64,000 nucleotides of DNA from the human T2T-CHM13v2.0 reference genome, Homo sapiens: assembly GCF_009914755.1 (NCBI RefSeq), contig NC_060928.1, one strand, 5' to 3'. The position numbers and the translations under genes are program-made. The notes beneath the pieces are model-generated. The model was not told where the DNA came from. It was given only the letters and a program-made list of their open reading frames with translations, and did not search any database. Positions 31,443-49,180 of this stretch are shown piece by piece. How positions within the stretch are numbered: the first letter of the stretch is position 1; every line of letters starts with the position of its first letter.

Positions 31443-32409
31443 CTGCAGACAGGGAAAATGAGTCTGTGATTGCTGTATCATCCCTGAAGCAAGGCAGCTA
31501 AGGATCCTTACTCCAACAGACAAGCTTCAGAGCGGGCATCCATCAGCACAGATGCAAATAAAGATCAGTGATCAACAGAGACTATTAGGATGATGGAGGA
31601 AAATGAGATCTGGACAAATAGATATTGTAAATAGCTTATTTTTGCTAAGGATCAGATGACAGTTAACACCAGAACAGAACAATGCTTAACATAATTCTCA
31701 ACTAGCATATATTTTTGAGAAAAAAAAACACATTCAGCATATTCATGTAAGGTTGCAGAAAGATTCCTGAATAGGGCAGACACTAATGACATTTGCTGTT
31801 AAAACTGTTCCCCACAATATACACACGAGAATCCCAGAATGGTACATGAATGAAGCCCATTCTTTCTTTTTTTCTTCTCCTTTAAAAAATTATGATGAAG
31901 TATACATAACATAAAATTTACTGCTTTAACCATTTATAGATGTACTATTTACTGGCATGACCCATTGTTTCTTGAGTATGCTAGGGTGACACCATGTTTT
32001 TAAAAGGCACACATAAGTTCCTATAAGAAAAGAGATGAAAACCATTATTTCTCAGGGAGATCAAGGAAAGCTCCTGAGATGCTATGACATCCAAATTGGG
32101 TCTTACAGAAGAAGTAGGCGTTTCTAGACAGGTAAGAGAAAATGACACTTCACATAGAAGCCCCTGAGCAGTGCCAGAATCATTAAAGTGTAGGACGTGC
32201 ATTTTGAGGGGCAGTGAGTAATTGGTCTGAGTAGAGCTTAGACTGATATTGAATTATTAATAATAGGGAAATGAATTTCACTTAAAATTTTTATTTTTTG
32301 AGGCTCTTGCCTGTGAGACAAGAGATGCAGAATCTATTTCTTACTTCATCCTGTTGCCCTCTCCTGAACCCATAGCCACATGTACCTTATGAGAGGAGGT
32401 GGCCTTAAT

Positions 32410-32592
32410 CAGTGGCAAGCATTTTCTGTAAAGAGACAGGTAGTACCTGTCTTCCGCTTCGCACACCATACGGTCTTGGTCTTTGTTGCAGCTGCTCAAC
32501 TCTGCTGCTGTAGTGTGAAAGCTGTCACAGACAACCTGTAGAAAAATGGGCAAGGGGAGATGTCACCTGCAGAGTGCACTTTACCAGCCCTA
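32410..32592 (-). mobile_element. MER58A-like
   Basis: ttttctgtaaag..catacggtct..gctcaactctgctgctgtagtgtgaaagc..cagacaa. Confidence 0.7.
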
Positions 32593-32636
32593 GGACTAGA
32601 TCATCTCTAAGATAATCTCCTGCATTCATATTTTAG

Positions 32637-32948
<312 letters not shown>

Positions 32949-33864
32949 CTAGATCTCTGATTCTATTTCTATTTTCCAAATTGTGTTGTTTCACATCAGC
33001 TTGATTACAAAGAAGAATATTTTTGGATGAGGGGATTTAAAAAATTTACATTCTATTGCTCTTTTCCTTGCAAAGCAGTAACTGAGTGTCTTCCCTTAGT
33101 CTCTGCAAACAATCGACGTGGACACTCAGTTTCTAAGTTGAAGGATATGAATTCTAGATTCTTCTCTAAGAAGTCAGAACAGGAATCACAAAGCAGCTAA
33201 AGCTAATGCTCTGTAGAGGAATATGGCTAACCTTACTCTGGGCTAATCTAGGTAATGTGAAATATAAATTAATAATAATTTACCCTTGACTGTAACTACA
33301 GGGATTGTTTTAATGGTAGATGTGTTCTCAATTATTTTGGTTTTGTGTGGCTCAATAGCAAGGGAATGTAACTCTCTGGTGTGCGATTCCATTTAGTGTC
33401 CATATTAAGTCAAACTTAAGCATGTGTTTGAATAATGCATAACAAATGAGAATTATCAAGAAAAATAAGATTATTAATATTTCTAGTCCAGTAGGAACTA
33501 AAGCCAGCCTGGAAGTGGAATGAAGACAATGAGCCCAGCTCTTATCCTGCAGAATCCTGTGGAGGCATAAACTAATTAAACAGTTTTGCTTTAATAATCT
33601 TTGTATCTTTCTACAGGGTGAACTCTCAGATTGAATAGTTGCATAGAAGCAGTTGGGAAATGGAAGAAGCTTCTCAGTTGATGAAAAACTGTGAGATATC
33701 AGTTAGCATTGTCAATCAAGGAAAATTTCTAAGGAAAGTCTCAATTATTTTAGGAGATTTATCTGCCAAAGTTAAGGACATGTACCTGGGAGACAGGTCT
33801 ATGCCGTTCTTCAAAGAGGATTTTGAGGGCTTCAATATTTAAAGGGGGAAGGATGGGATATTGA

Positions 33865-34243
<379 letters not shown>

Positions 34244-34578
34244 GAATCTGTATTTTTCCATAAGATAAGGTAGACAATAGGGCAGAGGAAACAAACAGAT
34301 ATGCATTTGTCTCTGCTGGGCAGAGGGACAACTGAGTTACGTAATGTGTCCCCACACCTGTGAAAACGAGCTGTCGATTTACATTGCCCTGGTGAATTTT
34401 AACAGAAATGTTTAGATCTCGGGACCACAAGGAATTTCCTTAAGGGCAAAATGTGAGGGAAGTATGTAGCTTTTGATCTTTGTAGCCATCTTTTAGGAAC
34501 CAAAATGGGAGGCAGGTTTGCAGGACCCAGTTTTCACCTTGACTTTTCCCTTTGGCTTAGTGAGTTTGGGGTGCTGAG

Positions 34579-35171
34579 TATTGACAAAGAGTCAAACTCT
34601 GTAAAATATTTGAAGAGATTTATTCTGAGCCAAATTCAAGTGCCCATGGCCCATGACACAGCCCTCAGGAGGTTCTGAGAACATGTGCCCAAGGTGGTCG
34701 GGGTCAGCTTGGCTTTCTACACTTCAGGGAGGCACGAGGCTTCCATCAGATACATTTAGGAAATGCATTGGTTTGGTCCAGAAAGGTGCGACAACTTGAA
34801 GGAGGGACTTCCAGCTTATAGGTAGAGTAAAACATTTTCTGGTTGACTGTCGAGTTTATCTAAAGACCTGGGATCAATAGAAAGGAATGTCTGGGTTAAG
34901 ATAAAGGCTTGTGGAGACCAAAGTTCTTATTTGCGGGGGAAGCCTTCAGGCAGCGGGCTTCAGAGAGAATAGGTTGCAAAATGTTTCTTATCAGACATCA
35001 GACTTGAAGTCTGTGTTGCTGTTAATGCTGGAGAGGTAGAATGAGGCATGTGTGACCAGACTCCCCACCATGGCCTGAACCAGTCTCAGGTTAAATTTCA
35101 AGAGTGCCCTGGCTGACAAGGAAGTCCATTCAGATGGTTGGGACGACCTTAGATTTTATTTTTTGTTTACT
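34579..35171 (-). mobile_element. MER4B-like solo LTR
   Basis: aagagtcaaactctgtaaaatatttgaagagatttattctgagcc...aagtccattcagatggttgg..ttttgtttac; TSD tgag/cgag. Confidence 0.78.
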
Positions 35172-35258
35172 CGAGATTAATTTTTCTTTCACAATTATAA
35201 AACAAAGAACACTTTTTAAAAAAATGTAATTTTTAGAGCTAGTTTCTTAAGTCTGTGA

Positions 35259-35644
<386 letters not shown>

Positions 35645-36113
35645 AGTAATGTTTGTAAATCAACAATAAAACACATTTTTCGATTTTAGTTTATGTCTCT
35701 CTTCATTCCGTCCTTTGTGAGGAAAAACGTCTGTGTATGGAGACAAGTTCAGGGTCGGAACCGAGAGTCAGGGTGCCCTGAGAGCCAGCCCAGAGAGTGG
35801 CAGCACAGCTTCTCCTTCTGTCAGAAATGGAGCTGGCCCTGGGTACTTGACCTCCGCACTAGAGACCGCATTCGCCTCTGTCCCTCACAATGAGATGACA
35901 CCATGCAATAAGGTTCTCTGCTGTGAACTTCACCTCACAGTCTCACCTTACTAAGTAATGCACGCCAGGCCCACACTTCTGATACTTAGAAACACTGACG
36001 GCTGAGCAACCTTAGAATCCTGGGTTTAAGTTGAGGAAGCGTTGGTGAGCAGCTAGGGCCTCTGGCTGACTTCCTGGGGCAGAGCTGCCCCATCGGCCTG
36101 AGCTGGTTACAAC

Positions 36114-36680
<567 letters not shown>

Positions 36681-37026
36681 TAATTAGATGAGCTTAGCCT
36701 TAACTCTAAATTTTAGACGATCTCTGCCATTTGTGTTAGAATCCATTCATTCGGATACTTCTCCTTTATTGCCGCCAGGGCATGGAGGGAGGATGAGCTG
36801 CCCACGTTTTTCTCCTTTGCTTCCCTCTTGCACTGCTTTCCTTAACTACTTTGATTCCTTGCATGGAGGTGGACCTGCCAAGACATTTTTAAGAGCATGC
36901 TAGGGACACCTCAAGGTATTTTTATAACCATTTCAATGAGTTAGAACTTTTTCTTTTTAGAAGAAATATATAAGGATTATTTCTTCCTCATAAGTTACCA
37001 ATGAATAATTTACTTACTACACATCA

Positions 37027-37724
37027 TTATGGATGGAATTGTTCCCCTAAAATTTGTATTATTGAAGTCCTAACCCCCAATGAGACATATTTGGAGATAA
37101 AGCATTTAAGGAGGTAATTTAGATTAAATGAGCTCATAGTGTGGGGACCTAATTTGATAGAACTGATGTCCTCATAGGAAGAGAAAGAGAAGCTGGGCAT
37201 GGTGGTTCAAGCCTGTAATCCCAGCACTTTGGGAGGCCAAGGCAGAAGGATTGCTTGAGCCCAGGAATTTGAGACCAACCTTGGCAGCAAGGCAAAACTT
37301 GATCTCTACAAAAAATGCAAAAAATTAGCCAGGCGTGGTGGCACACGCCTGTAGTCCAAACTACTAAGGAAGCTGAGGTGGTAGGCTCGCTTGAGCCCAG
37401 GAGGTCAAGGCTGCAGTGAGCCAAGATGGCACCACTGCACTGCAGCCTGGGGGAAAGAATGAGACCCTGCCTGAAAAAAAAAAGAGGAGGCACCAGAGAC
37501 CTCTCTCTCTTTGCACTCACAGGGGAAAGGTCATGTGGGAACACAGCTAGGAGGGAGCAATCTCCAAGTGAGAAAGAGGGCCCTCACCAAGAACCAAGTA
37601 TGCTGGCACCGGATGGTGGGTCTTCCCCGCCTTCAGAACTGTGAGAAATGAGAAAATAGCTTTCTGTTGTCTAGGTCACAAGACTGTGTCAGACTTTGTT
37701 TTGGCAGCCTGAGCAGACTAATAT
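37027..37724 (+). mobile_element. MLT1A-type LTR split by AluJ
   Basis: ttgaagtcctaacccccaat..ttcagaactgtgagaaat..ggcagcctgagcagactaata. Confidence 0.8.
37192..37483 (+). mobile_element. AluJ
   Basis: ggattgcttgagcccagga and gaggtcaaggctgcagtgag. Confidence 0.93.
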
Positions 37725-38370
37725 ATTCCATATATGGGGGTGATAATAGTTTGCTAGTCAGCCTTTTTTAGTACCCTTTACCTTATCCTTAAGCCCACTA
37801 GTCAAATAGTGTCAACAGTTTTCTATATATTCTTTCTTTGGATAAAAAGAAAACTTCATGAGCATTTTTGACATATACCTCATTGATCAGCTTTGACTCT
37901 CAAAATAAACTTTGAAAAGGAACAAAAAGGAAACAGCAGTTTTGAAAGTTAGGCTTTTAAAAAACTGCAAGAGCCAAGCACTTGAGAGAAAATAGACTTT
38001 TCTGAATTCCAGGTTTAAAATAGCAAGAGCCAGAATTTATGTTTTGAATACCAAGTCTGGGTGTATGTCAGAAACTATGGAAGGATAGAGGCTACGAAGT
38101 AAGGAGAGGTTTCCATGACAGAGCAAAGAAAATAGGAGGATTTCCTGGAACAGGAGAAGGAGCTTGGGGATTGGACGTGGGTCTGGGTAGTGGAGGTTTT
38201 CCATAGGCCCTCAGAGAATATTTTAGACATAAGAGGCAAAGTGCATGACAGGAAGTGCTGCCTTTTGGGGAAGATGTGACTAAGCTCTAAGTAGCAATGG
38301 TGGGACACAGCACACGTGGAAAGATGCTGACATCAGCAGCAGATTCACTGGTATTAAAGGAGGAGCTCCT

Positions 38371-38746
<376 letters not shown>

Positions 38747-41407
38747 CTAGGGGCCTCTTTCCCAATATGTGTGTGTGTTTATAATCTTTTTGCCCTCAGA
38801 CTAAGGGAGGAGAGGTGTATCTTTAAGAGTGAGAATCAGTTCAGATATAAGTTTAAGTTTTTCATTGAGAGAAACCAAAATATTACATTTAAGTATCTAT
38901 GTAAGCATCTAAATTTTAGAGCAGGGTGACTGCATTACCTTGAAGTAGTAAAGCTTCAGGTCAATCCACATAAGCAGAAGCTACCCTGTGTAGAATCAGA
39001 GGAAACTGAGCTCAATTATGGAAAAATTAAAATGTTATGTCTGCATAACTAAATTGTGACTATAACGTTGACTCAGCTGCAGGGATTGGCTAATATCTAT
39101 AATAAAATGAAACAAAACGATTGCTGCAGGTATTTATCTAAACTACTTCATGAAACAGTCCCAATAAACTTGTCAACAGCATGTACCCATTATAGTAACT
39201 CAGATGTGCTACAAGTTTCTGAAATTCTTTCTGAATCATAAAAAAGCCATATTATGTTCTTGGTATGTATATGTATTATGTTCATGGTATGTATACCATA
39301 TGCTATGGTAAGTGAATATTTCTGTACTATAATCATTGTAAATTGGTAATACACATATCCTGTTAGGCAGGACATTTGGCTACATGTAACATTCTATTTC
39401 CCAAGAACTCCACTAACAGAATTATTTTGATAGAACCCCCTTAACATTTGTAATAATATAATGTTTCTTTTTCTCATAGGGGTATTCAGTTTAACAGGCT
39501 CATTGATCAATTTTGATCATTCCACTTTTCTGTTCTAACACTTTCAGGGGCTATCACTGCCTATGAATTTTATGAATTCCTAGCCCATGCATATTGGACT
39601 CACTAAGACATGGCTCCAATGATCATTCAAAATTCCAGATGGGCTACTTATTGTTCCCTGATAACCCTATACATCCCGATTTGTTCTTTTCCTCCTACTT
39701 TCTCCTTGGAATGCCTTCTCCAACCTTTTTAGCCTTCTCCCAACCCCCCTTGCCATTCATTTCATCCATCTCAAATGTACCTTTTCCCTAAAGGATGCTC
39801 GGATCTAGCTTTTTGAATATGCTCGTTTCAGTATCCCATAACCCGCATTTTGGACTTCTCTTGAGACTTATCCTGTTCTGTTTATATTATATTTATTATG
39901 ACATTTTCTTATCTGTACCCCATATGGTATTCTCTTTGTAGTAATGACTATGTCTTATTTTTTAAAAATCTCTCTCCTCATATTACTGTATTGAGCATCA
40001 TCTATTCTGTCTATATTTTTTTTAAAAAATAACAGAACAATATAGTTTAAGCTGCTACAATGTCTTCAATCTGGAAATCTGTGTTTGCTCCATGAAAGAG
40101 CACTTTAAAGAAAAGACGTGCATGAATTTGCATGTGATTAATCATATGTCACTCTGCTTTCAAATCTCCTTCTAGGCAAGAAAAAAGAACAGTGAAGTGT
40201 GGAAGCTTGAGAGCTCAGTAGGGCTGCCCAAGGATATAGAAAATGAGGGAGAGTGATTACAGAGTAACTTTCCAGGGATAGAAGAGCCCAGGATGGGGGA
40301 GCTCCTGCTGATGGCTGAGACTATGAGGACAGCCTGGAGAGCAGGAGGGAGGGCATGAACAGGAACAGAGTTTAAGATATAGAGGACAACTCAAAGCTAC
40401 AGCCCCAGCCCTGGTGAAAATAGAGGGAGAAAAGAAAAATACACATATCTTAAAGATACAGTTGAAAATAGTGTGTGAAGTCAGTAGGAGAAATTGTATG
40501 ACAAGCAAGGAGTGTGTGATTAGTTTACCTGATAGAGTTGCGATTGGACACTGAGCTAGGTTGGATGTATAGTGGGAATAGTTTTGATTTTTAAACGTAC
40601 ACTGCAAGTCATCTGGGTGTAAAGCAGGTTGCTATGCCGAGTTCCATGCACATAGCCAGTTGTCAGGCTTCATATATGCCTATAATGGGTTCCCACTTCC
40701 TCACCTGTGAGAGAGCTGATCAATGGGTAAATTGGTCCAAGAAACTAACACCATTTGGATACAGAAATCACACAAGGCACTGAACCAGAAGGAGCTGCTC
40801 CAGATGTGAAGCGGGCTGCTAGGAAATCTGACGCCTAGCGGTGCCACTGTCACTGGCCGTTTGTTGTTCCAGAAAAAGGCCAAAATCCTGGGAGACTCTT
40901 TTAGATACAGCAACTGCCTAGGATAGAATTGAGGCTCCACAAAGGTGTTCTTCATGTGGGAACTACAAGATCATCAGCGGAGAGAGCCTTCCAGGAAACC
41001 CGCGTACATCAGGCTCCTCCCGTTGGAGGTGAATCCTCACTCCCCACACCCCCCAATGCTCCCCTTTATCCTGGACACAGAGGGATGCTCTCAGGCTTCT
41101 CCCTAGCTCTCCCTGCTCACCCCATGCTTAAGAGTGAATTAAATATGTATGCAAATGTATTTTGCAGATTGTACATTAAATTTTAAAATGCAAGATTTTT
41201 TTTTTAATCAACTTTCTGGCTACTGGGACCCAGCATATTTTCACTAAGAGTATCAATAATAGCATCTTCATCTTTTCTTGACAAATAGTTTGGACAGTTG
41301 TGATAATTTTCTGATCCTCCAAGCTTTTATTGGGATCGACTTCCTTGTCTCACCTCCACGTTTTCTTTTTTCCACTATGGACCTTGTTTCCATTCCACAC
41401 TTTCTCT

Positions 41408-41756
<349 letters not shown>

Positions 41757-41991
41757 CCCCAACTCCACACTTTCCAGTCGCTAATGAGACATTTTCCTCT
41801 GCGCCCCAGTGTTCAGCCCCCACCCCCACCTACTTCTACTGTCCTCGTACTTCAGCTTCACCGGAGCTTTCCTTCGTTTAACAGGTATTTTAACTCAAGT
41901 CATTCCCTTCTCCCTTAAAAAAACAGAACTTGGCCAAACAAAATTGGATCCAGGAAAGGCGTGACCGCGGATGGAGGACTGTGTTACTTAC

Positions 41992-42250
41992 CTCAACTAA
42001 GGCAGAAGGTGTTTCTCATTTGCTTTTCTACCATTCCTTCAAACTCATTCTATTACGTTCCCTTTTCCTGCCATGACAGGCGTCCTAGTTGTCCCCTTAG
42101 GAGTTCTCCGATGTCCTGTATGGGACCCCCAACGAAGGCCATTTCTCTTCCATACGAACCCTTGGCCATCCTCATTCCTGCTCTGAAGGCTGCCTGTGCT
42201 GAGCGGGTCCCTGCAGGGCGACTGGAGCTTAGCGGCGCAGCACCTGCTTG
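41992..42250 (-). other. Candidate CpG-island first exon (start approximate)
   Basis: Perfect donor TTGAG|GTAAGT at 41991-41986, ~270 bp downstream of the GC boxes. Confidence 0.45.
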
Positions 42251-42460
42251 AGGCGTGGGGGCCCCGCCCCGCCCGGGAGGGCGGTCCTGCTGCCTCCCCC
42301 GGCTCTTGCCGCCCACCTTTCCCATCTGCTGTCAAGACTCAGCACTAGCGGCCGCTTCACGAAGCCCCGCAACTCTGGAGAACGCAGCCGACGCTCTCGA
42401 GTGTATGGAGGAGCCCTCAAGTTTCTGCAGCTCAGCACCCAAGCCTGGAGTGCGCTTTAA
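42200..42460. promoter_or_regulatory. Small CpG island with GC boxes (candidate promoter or enhancer)
   Basis: About 20 CpGs in 260 bp of non-Alu sequence; gccccgccccgcccgggagggcgg at 42261-42284; NotI site at 42348-42355. Confidence 0.75.
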
Positions 42461-43011
42461 ACCTGCTCTGATGGAAACAACCCCAGCTCCAACAGAAGCA
42501 TATATGTGACTTGAATTTGTGGGGAGCAGGGGCAGTCATTGAAGCTGCCGCAGAATAATTACTCTTGGGAATTCCAGTCCAGGAAAGCTCTCTTTCAATG
42601 GACCTTCTCTCAGAAATACTTCCTGGTCCTCTCTTTCATGGCCTGAAGGTAGATGATTTGGATTGATAGAGACTTCTGGGCTTCCTCTGGCTGAGTCTTG
42701 CTCAGAGGAAGGGGTTATTTATCTTCTACATAGTCATCAACTGAGAGGACCTCAGTCAAAACATTGAAGCAAAAGAAAAAAGTCTCATTGGACATTCTTT
42801 TACATGTGCTTCCATGGCATTGTGAACATATGGACATAGCAATGATCAAAGCGGTAGTTTTGCATTTATTGTGGCCATCATTTGGCTAGTGTCTGTCTTC
42901 TCCACTGTGCTGGAACTCCATGAAGGTCGGGGCCGTCTTTGTTTTGCTCACTACTTAATTCCTAAGGTCTTACACAAGGTCTAATAGGAGGCATTTTAAA
43001 ATTAATGATCA

Positions 43012-43368
<357 letters not shown>

Positions 43369-43999
43369 CTAAAATGAAAACATTGGATAGCCTATTAACT
43401 TATAATTTTAACCTCTTCTTAGTGGTCATTTTTGTTTTGTTTTTAATTTTTTTCTTTTTGTCAGAAACTGATGAATGCTAATTAGTGGTCATTATTGAGG
43501 AATAAGTAAAATATGCATTTAATTACTCATTCATTCACTCAGCAAAATCAATGATCACTTACTACTCAGGTACTGGGATTATGGAGATAATAAAACAGCT
43601 GATTCCTTTCAAGCATGTACCACGGAGTGAATGAAATGGACACCCAAATACAATAAAATGTGAAGATCTATTAGGACAAAGCTATGTGTTTGCGAGAAAC
43701 ATTTTCTGGATGCTTACGATATTCCAGCCCCTTTGTGCGCACATAATTTCTTATTTGATTTTTCACAACTGTCCTGTGAGTCATGCTTTATTCTCTTTTT
43801 CTTTTCCCAATTAAAAAAAACTGAGGCTCAGTGAATTTTAACCTCTTGAAAAAATTGGTCCATTGTTCAGGCGTAACTCTGTCTGCTCTCAAAGCAAACA
43901 GTTTTTTGTTTATGGCACATTACTGAGAACTGCAGTTTTAACTCTCTGCGGGTGGACAGCAGCACAAAACTAATTAAGGTGCATAAGTGAGAACACTAA

Positions 44000-44255
44000 C
44001 AATAATCATAATAACTGCATCTATTATTTATGGAGCAACTGTGCCGTGCCAAGCATCACGTTAGCTCCTTTACAAAAATAAACCAATCTCACCCTAAAAC
44101 AACTCTAAACCATTGGTCTTAGCGTTCTCCTTTTGTGTAATGGGACATCGAGGCTCCTCACCTTCCAGTAACTTGCTCAAAGTCATCCAGGCAGTAAGAG
44201 ACAGAGCTAGGATTTGAAATCAGTTGTGATGATGGTAAATCTATGCTCTTAACAA
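44000..44255 (-). mobile_element. MIR remnant
   Basis: taacttgctcaaagtcatccaggcagtaagagacagagctaggatttgaa..atgctcttaac. Confidence 0.6.
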
Positions 44256-45398
44256 TTTTTTTAAAATGGCTCTTCTGGGATTATTTGGCATTAACATGGG
44301 CCAGATGAATACAGTGTGTTTGATGGCAGGTAGAAAATAGCCTTCAGGAACTTTAAACCAGGCTGCATTTCAATGCCGAAGTTTAAAAACTTGTTTTGTT
44401 TCTGGCTCCCTATGTACTCCTGAGCTTTTGGTGCCCCTGAAGAGATGTTTTCTATCTTATATTTTGTCAGGATAATTCAGACAATATTTACCACCAATCA
44501 ACAGGTGCAGAAAAATCCAACAGCTCCCTATGGGAAACAATGGAACATTGGTTAGTATAAATATTACCAGCAAGGATCTCAAAGGCCTCTCATGTTCTTG
44601 TTCCTTCAACCAAAATTCATTCATCCATGGGCCAATCTGATCCTAAATTTGTAAACAACTGTCCAGTAATTAACTCACTAAAATGAATACTATTCTCAAG
44701 CAATTGCATGCAGTTTCACAAATGCTCTTATCATCAGTTGCCCATCTCTGTGATATCTATGAGCTGTTAAGGCAGTGAAAGTGGAGAAGAACATTTTTCA
44801 TAAACGTGCACATGGTGACTTACAATTCAAGGTTCTAATCACCGCTTGAGCTCTTAAAACATCGATTTGTCTTTCTAATTTAGATTGTGTGTCTCCTGAG
44901 CCCTGAGCACATATTCTTTATGCCTGGTACAGTGCCAGATCCATCAGTATTACACAAATAATTAATCTTCATAATGATAGCTTGCAGAGGTAGACCCGCA
45001 ATTACTGAAGGGCACCTTGACATCCCAGGGAAATCTGCTTTGAAAATATATGTGTGTGTGGCAGATACCACTGTATATGAAGGCCAATCATTTAATTTTT
45101 TAGGTCCTCAGTTCCTGGTTGAGAAAGGAAATAGATGCTCAACTGTTGGACTAGAAATTCAGAAACGTAATCATCCATGGCCCTTTATATTTTAAACATT
45201 CTTTTAAGTTTAGACAATAACTTTATATTTCTAGGTTTCATTCACTTTATTCTAAGGTTTGTAATACAGAATCTGACTAGATTCCAATGTATAATATTTG
45301 GCGTATCTTTATGTTTCATCCCATTTTGGTAGACTGGATATTGCACAGCAAACATTCTTTCTTATAAAATGGTACCACTGGCGTAGTGTTCAGGGTAG

Positions 45399-45753
<355 letters not shown>

Positions 45754-48232
45754 TCCTGGCACTGTTTATATATCCAGAAGCCTCCAGTGGGAGGACGAGG
45801 GACTTGGGATTCAAATCTGTCCACCACTGCACATGAAGCACGTAGAGCGCCCCTGTTTAATAGCTTGCTCGAGTGTACAGTGATGTACTGTGCAGTGAGC
45901 AGGGGAGAAGACACTTAACATCCCCAAGCCCAGTTCTGTCACCTACATCATAAAAGTACTATTAACAACTTCCAGCATTTAATGAGAATTAGTGCATATA
46001 AGTTACTTGACAATAGAGTAACTGCTCAATCAAGGTTAATTTTCTTCTCTTCCGGTTCCCTCTGTCTTTGCACTCTCTCATTCTAGTAGCCTCTTTTCAT
46101 CGGTGCATAATTCCATATTATTTAAAACAAACATTCATCAGCGGCTCATTTGTCATAAATCTGGAAGAGGTGAAATTAAAGTAGTTATGTGCATGGAAAG
46201 CCCACCTTTGAAGTATTTCTACCTGACCCGCATATCCCACAACTAACTTACCACTCTGTCTGAAGCCACCTCTGGGTGAAGGTATTCAATGTGCCTGTTG
46301 AAATACAAATACCAGGAGTGGGGGAACCACTCTAAAGAAGTAGAGATGGTCTTTCTCCTTACAGTTATAATCAGTTGGGGAAGAAATGTTTTCAAGCTTC
46401 ATACTTGATTCTGAGTTTTCTGGCATAATCACAGTGAGATATACTCTCAGAGTGAGTCACCATTACTGAAAATGTGTCTTATCAATTAGTCGTGCCAGAG
46501 AGTGGAGAAAAAAGAAAAGTAACGTTATAGAAAGCCAAAATTAAAACAGCTTCTCTCGCTATATTTTTCAAAATGTTCTTAAAGGATTTCAGTATGTCCC
46601 AAGACAATGGGTTCATGGAATTCCATTCAATCCATACCTGCATGTGCCTACCGTGAGTGAGGCTCTGAAACTGGTGTTCCATGCACAAGGCCAATTCAGT
46701 CTGAATAACACTGAAGGGGACAGAATTAAGAGGAGAATTTCTGGGCCACAGGATAGAAAGCGTAAGAATGGCCTTGCAATGGGCAACCTATTCAGCCAGG
46801 GCCAGCGTGAGGACACATACGACTCTAGAGGGCAGGTAGGAGCTGAAAGTGAGGAGAGCCGAGGTCTCACCCTGAAGAGGAAAGGGGAATGGAAGGTCAA
46901 CTCCACTAATTGAGAATATTATTCAGTCCAACCTCAATACAGATTTATGGTCAGTGTCACCCTTTCCTAGGAACAGGCAGCACGCTGTGGTGGAAGGGTC
47001 ACAGACTCGGAAGAAAGCATATCTTTGATCCATCCTAACTCAGTTTCTCCTAAGAGACGCAGTCTTGTGCAATACCCTTAATCTGCCTGAGCGTTAGTTT
47101 TCTTAGCTGCAAAATGGAGTTAATAATTCTTGATCTGTTTCACAAATATGTCATAAGAATAAAGAAATATGAACTAAAATGTTTTGACAATGATGGATTA
47201 TCTAAATACCAACCATGCTTGTAGATGTTCTTAAAGTTCATATCAAAGGGGTTAGGAGAAATGATAAAGGATTACTCTAGGTTTGCTTTTTATTCAGGTA
47301 TTTATTCATGTGGTTGAACATCTTAAAGCCAAAGAAAGAGTAAAATGCTGGTGAAAACTCAGGTATTATTTTCTGTATCACTGGATGCTAGAAATGATTA
47401 CTGGAAAAAACTCTTTAATGAAACATGCTACCTGAACACTCCAGGAGGGAGATGAGCAGAGGAAAATGTCTTTGGCCTTTTCCCCAGTGAAGCCTGATCC
47501 TTTATGACTTGGCTTTCATCGATATTTTGCGCACTCAACAGAGACCCTCAAATATGTTTATTGAGAATTCACTGTGAAAACCGCACTCCCTTAGGCACTG
47601 TGTGAAAGGGAAAGAAAAGAAGGATGTGAGAAAGAGGGATGTTTATGCGCTTTCTAGAGCTTCTACTCAGCCTGGTATGATTCCAAGCAGACATTTACTG
47701 TGTTACACAGATGCTATATCAGGTTCTGGAAGAAGTTTTCCTCCATAAAGATAACTTCCATCCTAATTGTGTTACCATGTCACTTAAATAGCTTCTATCA
47801 GGGTCATTTCTGCCAGTAACCCTCATAAGGAATCAAGGACTCTGTGATGTCAGTAAAGGCAAGATGTCAAGGAAGCTGCACCAACTTTCTTATAAGGACG
47901 GGAAGAGAATATATATCTCTGCTTACCCAAAGACAAATATTTGAACTTCTTTTTCTGTTTTCTCATCAGTGGTAGAATGCTGTGATATTTCCCTTCTCTT
48001 TCTCTTTTGGCCACACCAGACAGGAGAAGGGAATTTAAGGAAATGTGGAGCATAGTAGTTACAGGGAAGATGGAAAAAGACATGTGTTGTTTGAGTTTGT
48101 TTCAACATTGATGAGGTGTGTTGGGCAGTATGAAGAGGGAGAAGAGAGTGAGAGCAAGAAGGAACTGTAGGGAACACAAATAGGACAGAGGACAGGGAGA
48201 AAAAGAAGACATGCGTGAGATTAAAAGAAACT

Positions 48233-48647
<415 letters not shown>

Positions 48648-49021
48648 CTACAGAAACATTGCAGTCTCTTTTATCAGGATCTAGTCTATGATTTGTTATG
48701 ATCTGTCACTTTGAGATAAACATGATTGGTAAGTGTTAAAGTGTTACTCTCCCCTGTTTTTCATTTCTTTTATTTTGTTTTGCCATTTTTTTAGGGGGAG
48801 GCAGATGAATACATTTTGTGTTAAAATTTCATGCATTGATACTATCGGGGAAGTATAGACTTCTAAGAGAATATCTGATTGAGACAGAAAATTATGTAAT
48901 AGTTCAGAACATGAATTTTGAATTTGCCTTTGGGTAAGCTGATTTCCCTGAGGCTATTTTTTTAACGTGGAAAATCAGAGTAATAATAATTGCTATCTCG
49001 TAAATATATTTTTTAAATTTC

Positions 49022-49180
<159 letters not shown>

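Noticed and set aside
40699-40795. Additional 75-nt minus-strand exon (CAG|GTGAGG donor)
   Set aside because: Acceptor is mediocre and such site pairs are expected by chance
41961-42509. Cluster of overlapping ORFs at the CpG island
   Set aside because: High GC content suppresses stop codons; peptides show no recognisable homology
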